Source of the DNA: an uncultured Spirochaetota bacterium
GTDB lineage: Bacteria > Spirochaetota > UBA4802 > UBA5550
DNA: 64,000 nt
Direction of reading: 5' to 3'
NCBI GenBank assembly: GCA_963827275.1
Contig: CAWHAA010000008.1
Span: forward strand, 256,001-320,000
Part shown: positions 31,568 through 41,998 of the stretch, piece by piece
Layout of the letters: each line of letters starts with the position of its first letter
Numbering within the stretch: the stretch's first letter is position 1
Position numbers and translations under genes: made by a program
The notes under the pieces: model-generated
The model's input: only the letters and a program-made list of their open reading frames with translations
Told to the model about the DNA's origin: nothing
Database searches by the model: none

Positions 31568-33751
31568 CTATCGCCGGGAAAATATCTTCTTCACGAATTC
31601 CAGCACCCTGGCCTTCACCTCATCGGACCCGCCGTCGCGTATGATCCCGTGATGCCTGGCGTATATGCGGATGAGCTGTTTCTGCTCCGTTCCGATGCGC
31701 CCGAATATCTCCAGCCCGCTCACCGGGTCGACGACCGGGTCGTCCGAGCCCTGGATAATCAGGGCGGGATCGGCCACGAACCCGAGGCGTTCCTCGACCA
31801 CCTTCATGAGCTTTCCCAGCTCGTTCACGCCGGAGACCGGGTTTCTGAAGTAATTGATATGCTGGTTTTCAGGCACATTGCTCACGAATTCCATTTTTCC
31901 CTTTTTCATGCGGATGGAGGAGAGGAACCTGTTCCACATGACGACCGCCGATGAAAGGCGCGACGTGATGTTCTGGAGCCTGAGGGGCGCGTTGATGGAA
32001 ATGACCCCCCTGAACCTCCCGGGCTTGTTCGCCGCCTGGAGGAGGGCGATGCCGGCGCCGGTGGAAAAGCCGCAGATGGCGAAGTCCTTCACGCTGTTCT
32101 TCATGATGATGTAGGCGCGTCCTGCGGAGTCGTACCACTTTTCCCAGTTGCGGACCGCCAGGTCCTCCGGCGCGGTGCCGTGGCCGCGCAGCCGCGCCCC
32201 GTACACGGTAAAGCCCTTGCGGTAGAGGAAGTCGGCCAGCGGGCGTATCTCCTCGGGCGCGGCCATGTACCCGTGGACCATGATGATGCCCCGTTTCCTG
32301 AAAAACCGCTTCAGGAAAAACGGCCGGCCGATTTCCATCGGCTTGCTTTCGCCCTTGATAAAATATTTTTGATAGTCCTGCTCGAAGAGGGTCCGGTCCA
32401 GCTCGATGAAGCGGTTCCTTATCGTTCTCCTGATCCAGAAGGCCGGCTGGAACATGATGCGGTCAAGCTGCCTGGTGAACTCGCCCAGGGGCTCGATCTC
32501 GTTTTTGAGCACCTCGATGAAGTTGTCCTTCCGTATGGTGTGGAAATCTTTCAGGTTTGCGAAGCGCCCGGCGTTCTTTACGATAACGCCGTTTTTCAGC
32601 GAGATGAGGCCGTCATGGAGCGCGGCGTCGATGAAGGCCGAGTATTTGTCATGACGGTCGTCGGTGAGGAGATAGAACTGCTTTTTCTGCAGGGCGGTGT
32701 GAAAGTTGGTCAGCCCGGTCTTGCGGAGGATGTCCAGCGCCAGGAAGGCGCGGTTCTTGAAATCGTCCTCGCGGATCCGGGTGCCGGGGTAGCGGGTCAG
32801 CAGGTATGAGAAGACATGCTCATGGTTCACCGTCGTCATGCCGTATATGTCGTCCATGTACTCCTGCATCATGCTGATGTCCAGACCGTGGAAGGCGTTT
32901 TTCAGGCCCGCATTGTCCGGCGGCAGGTAGAGGTTGTCGTCATCGATCATCCTCCTGGCCAGTTCGCTTGATTCAAGGTAGCCCTTCGCCCGGATCGGCG
33001 TCCCGAAGTTGATGTCGATATCGACGCCCTTCATGAGCATGGTGCCCTCGACCTCGAGCTCCTCCTGGAAGCGGGCGGAGATGTCCTTCACGAACCTGCC
33101 CACCAGCTTGTTGATGGCGTTGTCCCGCGCCCTGATCGGGTAATAGGTGATGTTCACCGGCACGATGGTCGTCTCGAGGGAGGTGATGGTGCCCACCTCG
33201 GCCGCGGTGAAGCCGTACGCCGCCGCGTATCGCCCGACCTTTTCAGCGTCCCCTTTTTTGTGGAAGCGGGCGATCTTTTCCCTCATCAGCTGCGAGAGGA
33301 GGGCGGTGCGGGCCGCGCCGGTGTGGGGGGGCCTGCGGATGCCGGCATTGTAGACCATGTATTTCCCCTTCTCCACGATCTTCTTGTCCTTGATCATCTG
33401 GCCTTCGGGAAAGATGATGACCGGGTGGCTGTCTGTCAACAGCGCGCCGACCATGATGGCGTCCCGGTTCTTGTCCGCGGTTGAAAAGGCGCCGACCTTG
33501 TCCATGAGGTCGGCCATTTTCCCGCTGAAGAACGAGCTGTCCGCAAGGGATATCGGGTACTTGCCGATGTGTTTTTTGATAAGGTAGGGCATCAGCACTG
33601 TTTCCATCCGCGTGAAATGATTTATCACGTAGATGACCGGCTGGTCCGGGACGTTCTCCTTTCCGTGGAGCCGGATATCGGTGCCCGATGCGTTGAATAT
33701 GGCATCAAGGGTGATTTCGAAGGTCTTCAGAAGGGGGTTGGATATTTTCAT
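31568..33751 (-). CDS. PlsC-type acyltransferase fused to an alpha/beta hydrolase (carboxylesterase-like)
   Basis: NHFTRME and IIFPEG acyltransferase motifs; C-terminal VHGY, GHGT, GFSTG and GSDDPVV; true start MKISNP after GGAGG. Confidence 0.85.
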   Translation of the reverse strand: MKISNPLLKTFEITLDAIFNASGTDIRLHGKENVPDQPVIYVINHFTRMETVLMPYLIKKHIGKYPISLADSSFFSGKMADLMDKVGAFSTADKNRDAIMVGALLTDSHPVIIFPEGQMIKDKKIVEKGKYMVYNAGIRRPPHTGAARTALLSQLMREKIARFHKKGDAEKVGRYAAAYGFTAAEVGTITSLETTIVPVNITYYPIRARDNAINKLVGRFVKDISARFQEELEVEGTMLMKGVDIDINFGTPIRAKGYLESSELARRMIDDDNLYLPPDNAGLKNAFHGLDISMMQEYMDDIYGMTTVNHEHVFSYLLTRYPGTRIREDDFKNRAFLALDILRKTGLTNFHTALQKKQFYLLTDDRHDKYSAFIDAALHDGLISLKNGVIVKNAGRFANLKDFHTIRKDNFIEVLKNEIEPLGEFTRQLDRIMFQPAFWIRRTIRNRFIELDRTLFEQDYQKYFIKGESKPMEIGRPFFLKRFFRKRGIIMVHGYMAAPEEIRPLADFLYRKGFTVYGARLRGHGTAPEDLAVRNWEKWYDSAGRAYIIMKNSVKDFAICGFSTGAGIALLQAANKPGRFRGVISINAPLRLQNITSRLSSAVVMWNRFLSSIRMKKGKMEFVSNVPENQHINYFRNPVSGVNELGKLMKVVEERLGFVADPALIIQGSDDPVVDPVSGLEIFGRIGTEQKQLIRIYARHHGIIRDGGSDEVKARVLEFVKKIFSRR

Positions 33752-33773
33752 TCGTTGCATCCTCCGGTCAAGG

Positions 33774-34198
33774 TCAGTATTTCCGCCCGCGGTAATCGCG
33801 CAGTATGTCGGCGTGGTCGAAGGCCATCGGTCCCGGCAGGCTGTCGATGCTGAAGACCCCAGCCTCCGCCGCGTCATCAGCCGCCGCGGGGACGCCGCGC
33901 GCCGTGGCGATGAAGACCGTGGATGATGGTGTGCCGGCGCGGGTCGCGCGCCGGGTCGGAATAGGTGTGGAACTGCCGCACCAGCGTCACCGCGAGGGAG
34001 GTCTCCTCGGCCGCCTCGCGGACAGCCGCCGCCTCGAGCGTCTCGCCGTAATCGACGAAGCCGCCGGGTAGTCGCCCAGCCGTAGGGAGGGTTCTTTCGT
34101 TTGATGAGGACAATATTCCGCGCCGCGGCGCCGGCCCCGTCCTCGATTTCGATAATAATATCCACTGTTGGCACGGGGTTTCGGTACTGTTCGGTCAT
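33774..34198 (-). CDS. NUDIX hydrolase (two +1 frameshifts near 34072 and 33925)
   Basis: Correcting two single-base insertions gives [10 protein letters not shown]...[26 protein letters not shown]...[17 protein letters not shown]...[10 protein letters not shown]. Confidence 0.85.
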
Positions 34199-34455
34199 TG
34201 CTGTATTCGTATCCTGGAATAAACGTATGATCTTCGATATGGTGGGTAGTGCGGGTTGTTTTGCAAGTAAAATATGGGGCCCGGACAGCAGGCATTGGAC
34301 CCTCCCCCGGCATGAGCCCGTGTCCAGGTACTCATCATTATCCTGGGATTTTCACCCTTCCCGGCGCCGGCCTGTGGGATGCGATGCATTGTATGTATGC
34401 AGGACGCCCCGCCGGAGCCGTGCCTCCGGCGGGCAGAAATGAAAAAATCAGTACC

Positions 34456-35556
34456 TCAGCGGTTTTTCGCGATGCGGAAGCCTATTGATACAAACTGGTC
34501 ATCAGGGCCATCATTAGTCCCGTCACCGATAGTCATTCCGTTTGCATTTTCGTGGATACCGCCGCCCACCAAGATGCGGTTATCAGCGTCATACTGTGTA
34601 AAGCACCACTCCCACACGTTGCCGCTCATGTCGTAGATATTGAGGCCGTTGAAGTCCTTCAGGCCAGCGTCCTTGGGCACCTCTCCGATTGCGCCCGATT
34701 TATACCATGACACCGCGCGGGTCTCGGTCTCGTGCGTGTAATCCGCGGCCGCGCCGCTTGCGTAATCGCCCGGTGTCCAGTAATACCCGGCAGTAAGGGA
34801 AGCGCTTCCTCGTATGCCCTGTGCCACATACTCGGCCGCAAGGAGCCCCGCGGACGGCGCTGTGGTCCCTATATACCTGGCCGCGAACTGCCATTCATCG
34901 CCCGTGGGCAGGCGGAATCCGGACTTTGCTGAATCCGCAACGGTCTCAGCGTGATCCCATGTGGTGTCTATGCCGCCGTACACGACGTTGTTCACATTCC
35001 CGTCCGACATTTCGGTAAGCCAGTTGCAGAACATGACCGCTCCGTACCAGGTGACTTTCGTGACCGGCTTGTTCCCGCTGTCCGTCGCAACAGTGAAGAC
35101 ACCGCCGGAATAATCCACGGTCGGAGATCCCGCCAGGTTGATCAGCTGCTTCCCGCCATACTTCGCGGTCGTGGAATCGATGCCGTTATGGTCGGTCACC
35201 GTATCGCTGAACCTGCCGTTATCGTAGGCCCACTGGTACACCGTGACAAAAAGGCCGCTGGTCGCCTCTGCCTGGCCGATGAAAAAGTCGCCGGACATGG
35301 CGGCGGTACCGGTATCGTCCAGCCCGGTCGGAAAAGTGATTTCGGTCCCGTCATTGGCGTATGCCATGACAAAGGTTTTCTGTCCGGCGGTAAACGCAAC
35401 AAGGTCGCCGCGAGCCAGCCCGGAGGGAGCGGGCGGCGTGCCGCCATCTGCGCCCGGGAGCGGCAGCAGCGTGGTTTTCCCCGAGCCGCCGCAGGCGGCA
35501 CAGAAAAGCGCGCAGACAAGAGCGAGCGCGAAAGAGAATAGTGGATAATGTTTCAT
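34456..35556 (-). CDS. Lipoprotein with FGE-sulfatase/SUMF1 (C-type-lectin-fold) domain
   Basis: Lipobox CAAC; PVTKVTWYGAVMFCNW, FRLPT.DEW, YDMSGNVWEW, IGFR. Confidence 0.88.
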   Translation of the reverse strand: MKHYPLFSFALALVCALFCAACGGSGKTTLLPLPGADGGTPPAPSGLARGDLVAFTAGQKTFVMAYANDGTEITFPTGLDDTGTAAMSGDFFIGQAEATSGLFVTVYQWAYDNGRFSDTVTDHNGIDSTTAKYGGKQLINLAGSPTVDYSGGVFTVATDSGNKPVTKVTWYGAVMFCNWLTEMSDGNVNNVVYGGIDTTWDHAETVADSAKSGFRLPTGDEWQFAARYIGTTAPSAGLLAAEYVAQGIRGSASLTAGYYWTPGDYASGAAADYTHETETRAVSWYKSGAIGEVPKDAGLKDFNGLNIYDMSGNVWEWCFTQYDADNRILVGGGIHENANGMTIGDGTNDGPDDQFVSIGFRIAKNR

Positions 35557-35615
35557 ATGTCCTCCAGAAAGTTGTTCATCTTAGCAGGCTTTTTCTAAAC
35601 CAGATGACAAGTACA

Positions 35616-35650
35616 GTATTCCTCCGCCGCCATAAACGGCGGAGGAATAC
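35616..35650. promoter_or_regulatory. 14-bp perfect hairpin between the two lipoprotein genes
   Basis: GTATTCCTCCGCCG-CCATAAA-CGGCGGAGGAATAC. Confidence 0.55.
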
Positions 35651-35715
35651 ATGATAGTCCAATCAATCGACGTTATTGATTATCAATTACCGCGGGGGCC
35701 AAGCCCCACGCGGCC

Positions 35716-37362
35716 TTACTCGTTCATTCTCATGGTCACGAAGGCGTCGGCGAAAACTCCTACGAATGTCTCTCCGTCAAAATTAGCGTCTACGTAACCC
35801 GTGACAAAACAGGCTCCGGAGGAAGTTGCAGCAATCCCATACACTAATATATTTTTCCCCGCCGTACCCATCTGCTTGATCATTCTGGATGTCCCGTCCG
35901 TGCCGTACGAAATAACGAAAGCATCTTTCGTACCGGTAAGGACACCGGGGCCTTCACCGTCAAGATCCGCGTTGGTCTCTCCGGCAATATAGCAGTTCGC
36001 ATCCGCATCAAGCGCGATGCCTTGTCCGGTGGCATATTTTCCCGCGGCTGAGGTCTGCCTGAGCCACTGCAGCTCACCCGAGGTATTGTATTTCATTACA
36101 TATACATCGGGATATCCGACCAGTACTCCCGGGCCGGCGCCGTCAAGATCACCCTGCGTATTACCGGTCACATAGCTGTTCCCGTCGGCATCCGCGGCAA
36201 TACCGTACCCATAGGTGCTTTTAAGGCCTGCGGCCACTCCCATCTGCTTTACCCATTGTATAGTTCCAGTCGTATTGTATTTAAGGACAAAGACGTCTGG
36301 ATCCCCGGCTTTAGTATTGCCGTAAAGTCCGCCTTCTGTTTGACCGGTCACATAACAATTACCAGCGGGGTCAACCGCAACACTGTTGCCGTACGTTCCC
36401 ACGCCTGCCACCCCGAGTTGCCGGACCCAGAGCTGCGTGCCGTCCGTATCGTATTTTGCGACATAGACGTCGTAGGTTCCGGTAAGGACGCCCCCGCCAG
36501 TGCCGTCAAGATCGGCATTGGTATAGCCTGTGACGTAGCTGTTGCCGTCAGCGTCAACCGCGATGGCTTTACCATAGGTGTTTTTGTCCGCTACGCCCGC
36601 CTGGGTGGCCCATATCTTGTTTCCATCATTATCGTATTTTATCAAGAAGACATTATTATTGGTTCCGGTACCGATTTTAACGGCGTCATACACGCTGCCG
36701 TTAGTGACGCCGGCAACATAGATGTTCCCGTCAGGGTCAGCGGCAATTCCCCATCCCTGGGTCGTCTTCCCGTCCTGCCCGGTGGGCTGTTCGACCCATT
36801 GTTGTACGGCATCTTTATCATACTTGACCAGATAGACGTTATTGTTGCCAGTGGTCGTATTGTCAGGATCGAGAAGACCTGTTGTATAACCGGTAATGAA
36901 GCTGTTGCCGTCCCCGTCAACAGCAAGGGCGCAACCGAAGGTGTTATTGAGCGCATGACCCAGCAGGCGCGTCCAGGCAGGCATTCCGCTCGCCACGGCG
37001 CTGAAATCGCTCGTTCCCGCAGCGTTCTTTGCCTTCAGCCACACGTAATAGGTCGTGCCATTGTCAAGCCCGTCAACAACATGGCTTGTCCCGGCGAGGT
37101 CACCGCCGTCCTGCGTCGCGGTCGCGGAATCATTTATTTCATTATACCAGACCTCGTAGACGGTCGCGCCGTCCACGGCGGTCCAGCTCAATTCAACCTG
37201 GGACACTCCCGGCGTCACGGTTGGCGCTGCCGGCTCTGCCGGAGCCACGCCTCCACCGCCCAGCAGTGCCAGCAGAGAATTGTAATCAGAAGTCGTTTTG
37301 GTGCAGCCTGTCATGATCAGGGCGCAGGCAAGGATCAGCAAGGATGTCAACTTGAGCTTCAT
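35716..37362 (-). CDS. Lipoprotein with FN3 domain and SBBP beta-propeller repeats
   Basis: MKLKLTSLLILACALIMTGC; FN3 (LSWTAVDGATVYEVWY..GTTYYV); repeated IAVDADGNSYVTG..D.(Y/F)V.KY..G. Confidence 0.88.
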   Translation of the reverse strand: MKLKLTSLLILACALIMTGCTKTTSDYNSLLALLGGGGVAPAEPAAPTVTPGVSQVELSWTAVDGATVYEVWYNEINDSATATQDGGDLAGTSHVVDGLDNGTTYYVWLKAKNAAGTSDFSAVASGMPAWTRLLGHALNNTFGCALAVDGDGNSFITGYTTGLLDPDNTTTGNNNVYLVKYDKDAVQQWVEQPTGQDGKTTQGWGIAADPDGNIYVAGVTNGSVYDAVKIGTGTNNNVFLIKYDNDGNKIWATQAGVADKNTYGKAIAVDADGNSYVTGYTNADLDGTGGGVLTGTYDVYVAKYDTDGTQLWVRQLGVAGVGTYGNSVAVDPAGNCYVTGQTEGGLYGNTKAGDPDVFVLKYNTTGTIQWVKQMGVAAGLKSTYGYGIAADADGNSYVTGNTQGDLDGAGPGVLVGYPDVYVMKYNTSGELQWLRQTSAAGKYATGQGIALDADANCYIAGETNADLDGEGPGVLTGTKDAFVISYGTDGTSRMIKQMGTAGKNILVYGIAATSSGACFVTGYVDANFDGETFVGVFADAFVTMRMNE

Positions 37363-37492
37363 AAAACCTCCAGGAAAATAGTAAATTAACAAATAATTTT
37401 TTTTAGTCTTCTTTAATATAGTACCGGCAACACGCCGACCTGTATATCCATCGAACGATTGAGAGAGGGAAAAAATAACCAATAATCGACAA

Positions 37493-38749
37493 TCAGGAGT
37501 GTTTGTTCAGGAGGTTCGCCAGCTCGACGCGGTTTGAAAGCCCTGTCTTGTGATAGATGTTGTGGATGTGGCTTTTGGCTGTCTGCAGGGAGATTTCGCA
37601 CTCGTCCGCTATTTCGCCGGCCGAATGGCCGCCTCCCAGAAGGAGCAACACCTCGAGCTCGCGGTCCGTGAGTCCCGCCTGCTTCTGCAGCTCCCCGAGC
37701 CCGGTCTGCTCGCGGGCGATTACGAGTACGCCCGCGCAGGCGCCGATTTCATTTACCAGCGGGTGCATGAAGAGCTCTACGATGACGGCCTGTTTCCCGT
37801 GCAACAGGCTGAATGTTACTGAGCGGGCCGGCGATGCGCCGGAAAGTATCTTGCTGAGAGAATATTGAAACGATTCACTCTCCCTGAAGAGTGCGGCAAG
37901 GGAGAGCTTCCCGCAGCACCCGGTGGCGCCGAGGACGATCTCACGGGCGCGGTCGTTCATGAACACCAGATCGCCGCGTCCATCGGTGAGAAAAACCGCG
38001 TTGCTGATTCCGCTGAAAATCTCGGACGCGGTGCTTGCCGGCACCACGTTCATGAGCTTGTATTTCCAGATGGCGAACCGCATCGCACCGATGAAAAATA
38101 TCGCTACCGCCTGGTGGTAGGCGTCGCCGATGCGAATGGTCACTTCCGCGGGCAACAGCAGCGTGAGGGCGTTCTGCGCCAGCGACAGAACGGCGGTGGT
38201 GGATGCGGCCGCCAGTATCATCCCCGCCTGCTTCCTGATTTTATCCGTGGTGGTGTTTCTCCGCCAGCTCATGAGCGCCGCGATGCCGGGCAGAAGGATC
38301 ACGGAAGAATAGTTGAACGCGACCCAGAACCAGGGAGACGCGAGATCGTAGAGGACCGTCCATCCCCAGGGGCTTTTATACAAGCCTTTCACCACCGGGA
38401 CGAAGCAGCTCATCCCCGCGATGACGCACGCGCCGCTGCCATAAAGCAGTGCGAGGAAATACGGGCTTCGTGAGAGGTTGCGATACCGGGTCAGCTCCAT
38501 GATGAAGTGTATGATCAGCATAACCACGAGAAAAAAGAGAGGGGAGTAGAACATCAACCATGCCCTGGCGGCGGTTGCGTCCGGCGAAACAATGAGCTGC
38601 ACGTACGCCAGGGAAAAAACGGCATAGAGAAACGCGGCCGCTGCATAGAGGCGGTTGGCAAGGGCCTTCCGGTTTAGCCTATAGACTGTTATGCTGCATT
38701 CGAAGCAGAAAAGCGTGGTTGCATAATAGATGAGTATTTTCAGGATCAT
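37493..38749 (-). CDS. HisKA_7TM-like membrane sensor + PAS-like domain + LuxR HTH (one-component regulator)
   Basis: About 7 TM helices; ISNAVFLTD.RG...FMN PAS start; LTDRELEVL..G.S..EIA....ISLQTAKSHIHNIYHK; start approximate. Confidence 0.8.
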   Translation of the reverse strand: MILKILIYYATTLFCFECSITVYRLNRKALANRLYAAAAFLYAVFSLAYVQLIVSPDATAARAWLMFYSPLFFLVVMLIIHFIMELTRYRNLSRSPYFLALLYGSGACVIAGMSCFVPVVKGLYKSPWGWTVLYDLASPWFWVAFNYSSVILLPGIAALMSWRRNTTTDKIRKQAGMILAAASTTAVLSLAQNALTLLLPAEVTIRIGDAYHQAVAIFFIGAMRFAIWKYKLMNVVPASTASEIFSGISNAVFLTDGRGDLVFMNDRAREIVLGATGCCGKLSLAALFRESESFQYSLSKILSGASPARSVTFSLLHGKQAVIVELFMHPLVNEIGACAGVLVIAREQTGLGELQKQAGLTDRELEVLLLLGGGHSAGEIADECEISLQTAKSHIHNIYHKTGLSNRVELANLLNKHS

Positions 38750-39162
38750 TGCACAAGAGGTCATTCCCTGCATAAAAAAGACGCTGTAATTACAGCGCGG
38801 ATACAAGTGTGGCGGAGGGCCCTGTGCGGCGCAAGGACTTTTTCTTATGAATCTGACGCCAGGACGCAGGCCGCAGCATGGGCCCATCGGCTTCGCCCGG
38901 AGCAGACCTGTCGAAAAGCCGCGCGATATCGACCGTTTGCAGGTACATGCAGGAAAAACAGACGGGAACTGCGGATGATGAAGAGCATCCTTTTGCCCTC
39001 CGTCCCCATGAACAGGGAAGGAGGCCGGGGGCGGTCCCGCGCGGCCGGTCGGGGGCAATTGAGCGATTATTGCATGAAATTTCCACTTCGGTCTTGACAA
39101 AATAAAATTTTTAGCCACTAGTATACCACGCCCGGGGGGTGCCGCGGGGACGCGGTGTCATT

Positions 39163-39678
39163 ATGAATAAAACGCCAGCCGACATTCTGGAATCAGCCGC
39201 AAATTTCGATGAATTTCGCGAAGGCATTGCTGCGCTCAATGGGTGCTTCCCCCTCGACCGGGAGGAGATGCTCCGCCTCGGGAAGGTGTATTTCCAGCGT
39301 TATCCTGACTCCTCCCCGGACCGCATCATGGAGAATGTCCACACCGGATACAAAATTACCCGGACCTGCTTGATCGAGAAGCTCATCGAGGGGATCGAGG
39401 AGCGGCACCGGGACACGGTGCGCGGCATGCTGGATGATTTCAGGTTCATCGATGACGGCCTTGCCATGCTTGAGCGGGAAATCGGGATCGAGGAGATAGA
39501 GAGCATCGTGTATGTCATCGAATGCAATCTCGACCGTCTCAGGAACATTATCGAAGAGCTCCCGAAGGGGATGATCAAGGAGCGGTTCGTCGGAGGAATA
39601 TCAAAATTTTTTAATGATGTGTATCTGATAAACCTGGCGGTGAAAAGAATTAAAGGCCAGGGCGAAGAGGTGCGATAG
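39163..39678 (+). CDS. Hypothetical soluble protein
   Basis: 171-aa ORF with genome-like codon usage; no motif recognised. Confidence 0.65.
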   Translation: MNKTPADILESAANFDEFREGIAALNGCFPLDREEMLRLGKVYFQRYPDSSPDRIMENVHTGYKITRTCLIEKLIEGIEERHRDTVRGMLDDFRFIDDGLAMLEREIGIEEIESIVYVIECNLDRLRNIIEELPKGMIKERFVGGISKFFNDVYLINLAVKRIKGQGEEVR

Positions 39679-39780
39679 CGGCCCGGGCGGCACAGACGCG
39701 CCCTGCTCTGTTTTCACGGCATCTGCGTGCCGCTGAAAGCCGTGAGTGATAAACGATCTTACAATCAAGGAGATAAGAAA

Positions 39781-39963
39781 ATGAGCAAGGGGATGAACAA
39801 CAACGCTTCGGGAGGCGCGGTGTACGGTCTTGGCCTCATCGGCGCGGCGGTGTATTTCATTTCGAACGCCACCGGTTTCTGGTTGGGCGTCCTGGGATTT
39901 CTCAAAGCGCTTGTATGGCCCGCCTTTTTTGTGTATGAGACGTTCAAGCACTTCGGGATGTAA
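39781..39963 (+). CDS. Small (60-aa) two-TM hypothetical membrane protein
   Basis: RBS AGGAG; GAVYGLGLIGAAVYFI..ATGFW.GVLGFLKALVWPAF. Confidence 0.7.
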   Translation: MSKGMNNNASGGAVYGLGLIGAAVYFISNATGFWLGVLGFLKALVWPAFFVYETFKHFGM

Positions 39964-39975
39964 TGCGCGTTCTCC

Positions 39976-40437
39976 TCATCTGATATCAGGCATCAGTGCC
40001 CACTTGATGACCCAGGCCCCTGTCCCCGGATACATGTCCAGGCACACGATGCCGCCGTTCTGGAACCGGAACACGGGCCGGTTCGCAGACCCGGTGACCA
40101 TGAAGGACGCCAGCTTCTCCATGAAGGGCAGGTGTCCCACGAGCATCTGGCTGTGCCCCGCGTCGAGACCATAGGCAATATTCGCCACGTCGTCATTCGG
40201 GTCCATGCCGCTGACCGCGGTGACGGTGATGCCGGGCCCGAGCCATTCGGCAAAAATCTCTGCGGTCTGGCGCGCCCGTTTCTTCCCGCTGTGAAGGATC
40301 TCTGCCACCCGCACGTTGTACCCCTTCGCCACGCCCGCGATCCGCTCGACCTCGGCCCTCCCCTCGTCGCTCAGGCCCCGTTCGGGATCGATGTCCGGCG
40401 GCAGCGCCCTGCCGTGCTGCACCAATAAAATTGGCAT
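39976..40437 (-). CDS. sixA: Phosphohistidine phosphatase SixA
   Basis: LVQHG.A, RGLS..G, HSGKKRARQTA, LVGHLP. Confidence 0.88.
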   Translation of the reverse strand: MPILLVQHGRALPPDIDPERGLSDEGRAEVERIAGVAKGYNVRVAEILHSGKKRARQTAEIFAEWLGPGITVTAVSGMDPNDDVANIAYGLDAGHSQMLVGHLPFMEKLASFMVTGSANRPVFRFQNGGIVCLDMYPGTGAWVIKWALMPDIR

Positions 40438-40557
40438 GCGTTTCCCCTTTAATAGATTCACTCTGAATAATTAAAAATTAATGATTTACAATGAATTAAT
40501 CATTAAAAAAACAGCAGGCGCCCGATTTTTTATGCTGCAGGAATATTGCAGGTCAAA

Positions 40558-41997
40558 TTACACGGCAGGGCATTCCCTTCCCGCCAGGTACCGGTCGATC
40601 CCTTCAGCCGCCATCCTGCCGTCCTGTATCGCGTGCACGACCAGCGAGGCGCCGCGCGATGAGTCGCCGGCGGAGAACACGCCGTCAACGCTTGTCATGC
40701 GGTTGTCGTCGATCGCGATGTTGCCGCGGCCGTCGAGCGCGAGGCCGAGGTCCGCCACCAGCCCGGTGTGGACCGGGTGAACGAAGCCCATGGCGATGAG
40801 GACAAGCTCGGCGTCCAGGGTGAATTCTGACCCCGGGACCTCTTCCATGGATGGAGCGCCGTCCGCCCCCGTACTCCACTCGACCCTGCGCGCCGCTATC
40901 CCCGCGACACGGCCGTGGGACCCTGTAAATTTTTTCGTGGATATGTTCCACATCCTCGTGCACCCTTCCTCGTGGGAGCTCGAGGTCTTCATGAGCTTCG
41001 GCCAGAGCGGCCACGGCTCGCCCGCCGAGCGGGTGGGCGGCGGCTGCGGCAGGAGCTCAAGCTGGGTCACGCTCCGCGCGCCCTGGCGGTTCGCGGTGCC
41101 GACGCAGTCCGAGCCGGTATCGCCGCCGCCGATGACCACGACGTTTTTGTCAAGGGCGCGTATGATCCGGTCTTCCGGTATGGCGGCCCCTTTCACCATC
41201 ATGTTCTGCTGGATCAGGTAATCGAGGGCGAAATGTATGCCCGCAAGCTCCCTGCCTTCGATGGGCAGGTCCCGGGGCTCGCGCGCGCCGATCGCGACGC
41301 ACACCGCGTCGAAATTCATCCTGATTTCCGATGAAGAGATCTCCCTTCCCGCCATGATCCCGGTCTTTATAATGATTCCTTCCTCGGTAAGTATCCTGAC
41401 GCGCCGGTCGATGATCTGCTTGTTCAGCTTGAAGTCGGGTATGCCGTAGCGGAGGTACCCGCCCACGCCGTCGGCTGATTCGAAAACCGTCACGGTATGG
41501 CCCCTTTTATTCAGTAAATCGGCGCAGGCCAGGCCCGCGGGACCGCCGCCGATCACCGCGACCTTTTTTCCGGTCCGGCGCGCGGGCGGCTCCGGCTTCA
41601 CCAGTCCGAGCGCGAAGGCCTTCTCTATGACCGCGAGTTCGTTCTGTCGTATGGTGACGGCCTCGTCTCCTATGGAAAGCACGCACGACGCCTCGCACAG
41701 TGCGGGACATACCCTGCCGGTGAACTCGGGAAAGTTGTTTGTCTCCCGTAAAATGTCGTACGCGCCCTTCCAGTCGCCGCGGTAGACGCGGTCCTGCCAC
41801 TCGGGCATGATGTTCGACACCGGACAGGCCCAGTGGCAGAAGGGCACGCCGCATTCCATGCAGCGGGACGCCTGCAGGCGGCGCTCGTCCTCGGGGAGCT
41901 GTTTCTCCACCTCGCCGTAGTCGTCGATCCGCTCTTCAACGGGCCGGTACCCGGCCTCCTGGCGTTTTATTTTTTGAAAGCCCTTTGGATCACCCAT
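40558..41997 (-). CDS. gltD: Glutamate synthase small subunit
   Basis: RCMECGVPFC, NNFPEFTGRVCPA.CE, GGGPAGL, GGGDTGSDC. Confidence 0.97.
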   Translation of the reverse strand: MGDPKGFQKIKRQEAGYRPVEERIDDYGEVEKQLPEDERRLQASRCMECGVPFCHWACPVSNIMPEWQDRVYRGDWKGAYDILRETNNFPEFTGRVCPALCEASCVLSIGDEAVTIRQNELAVIEKAFALGLVKPEPPARRTGKKVAVIGGGPAGLACADLLNKRGHTVTVFESADGVGGYLRYGIPDFKLNKQIIDRRVRILTEEGIIIKTGIMAGREISSSEIRMNFDAVCVAIGAREPRDLPIEGRELAGIHFALDYLIQQNMMVKGAAIPEDRIIRALDKNVVVIGGGDTGSDCVGTANRQGARSVTQLELLPQPPPTRSAGEPWPLWPKLMKTSSSHEEGCTRMWNISTKKFTGSHGRVAGIAARRVEWSTGADGAPSMEEVPGSEFTLDAELVLIAMGFVHPVHTGLVADLGLALDGRGNIAIDDNRMTSVDGVFSAGDSSRGASLVVHAIQDGRMAAEGIDRYLAGRECPAV

Positions 41998-41998
41998 G

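Noticed and set aside
31568..34198. 876-aa NUDIX-acyltransferase-hydrolase triple fusion
   Set aside because: Artefact of two insertions in the NUDIX gene, which has its own stop at 33774; the next gene has its own RBS and ATG at 33751.
35716..37000. Periodic sequence resembling a repeat array or CRISPR
   Set aside because: Degenerate coding repeats of SBBP propeller blades; no identical repeats with unique spacers and no cas genes.
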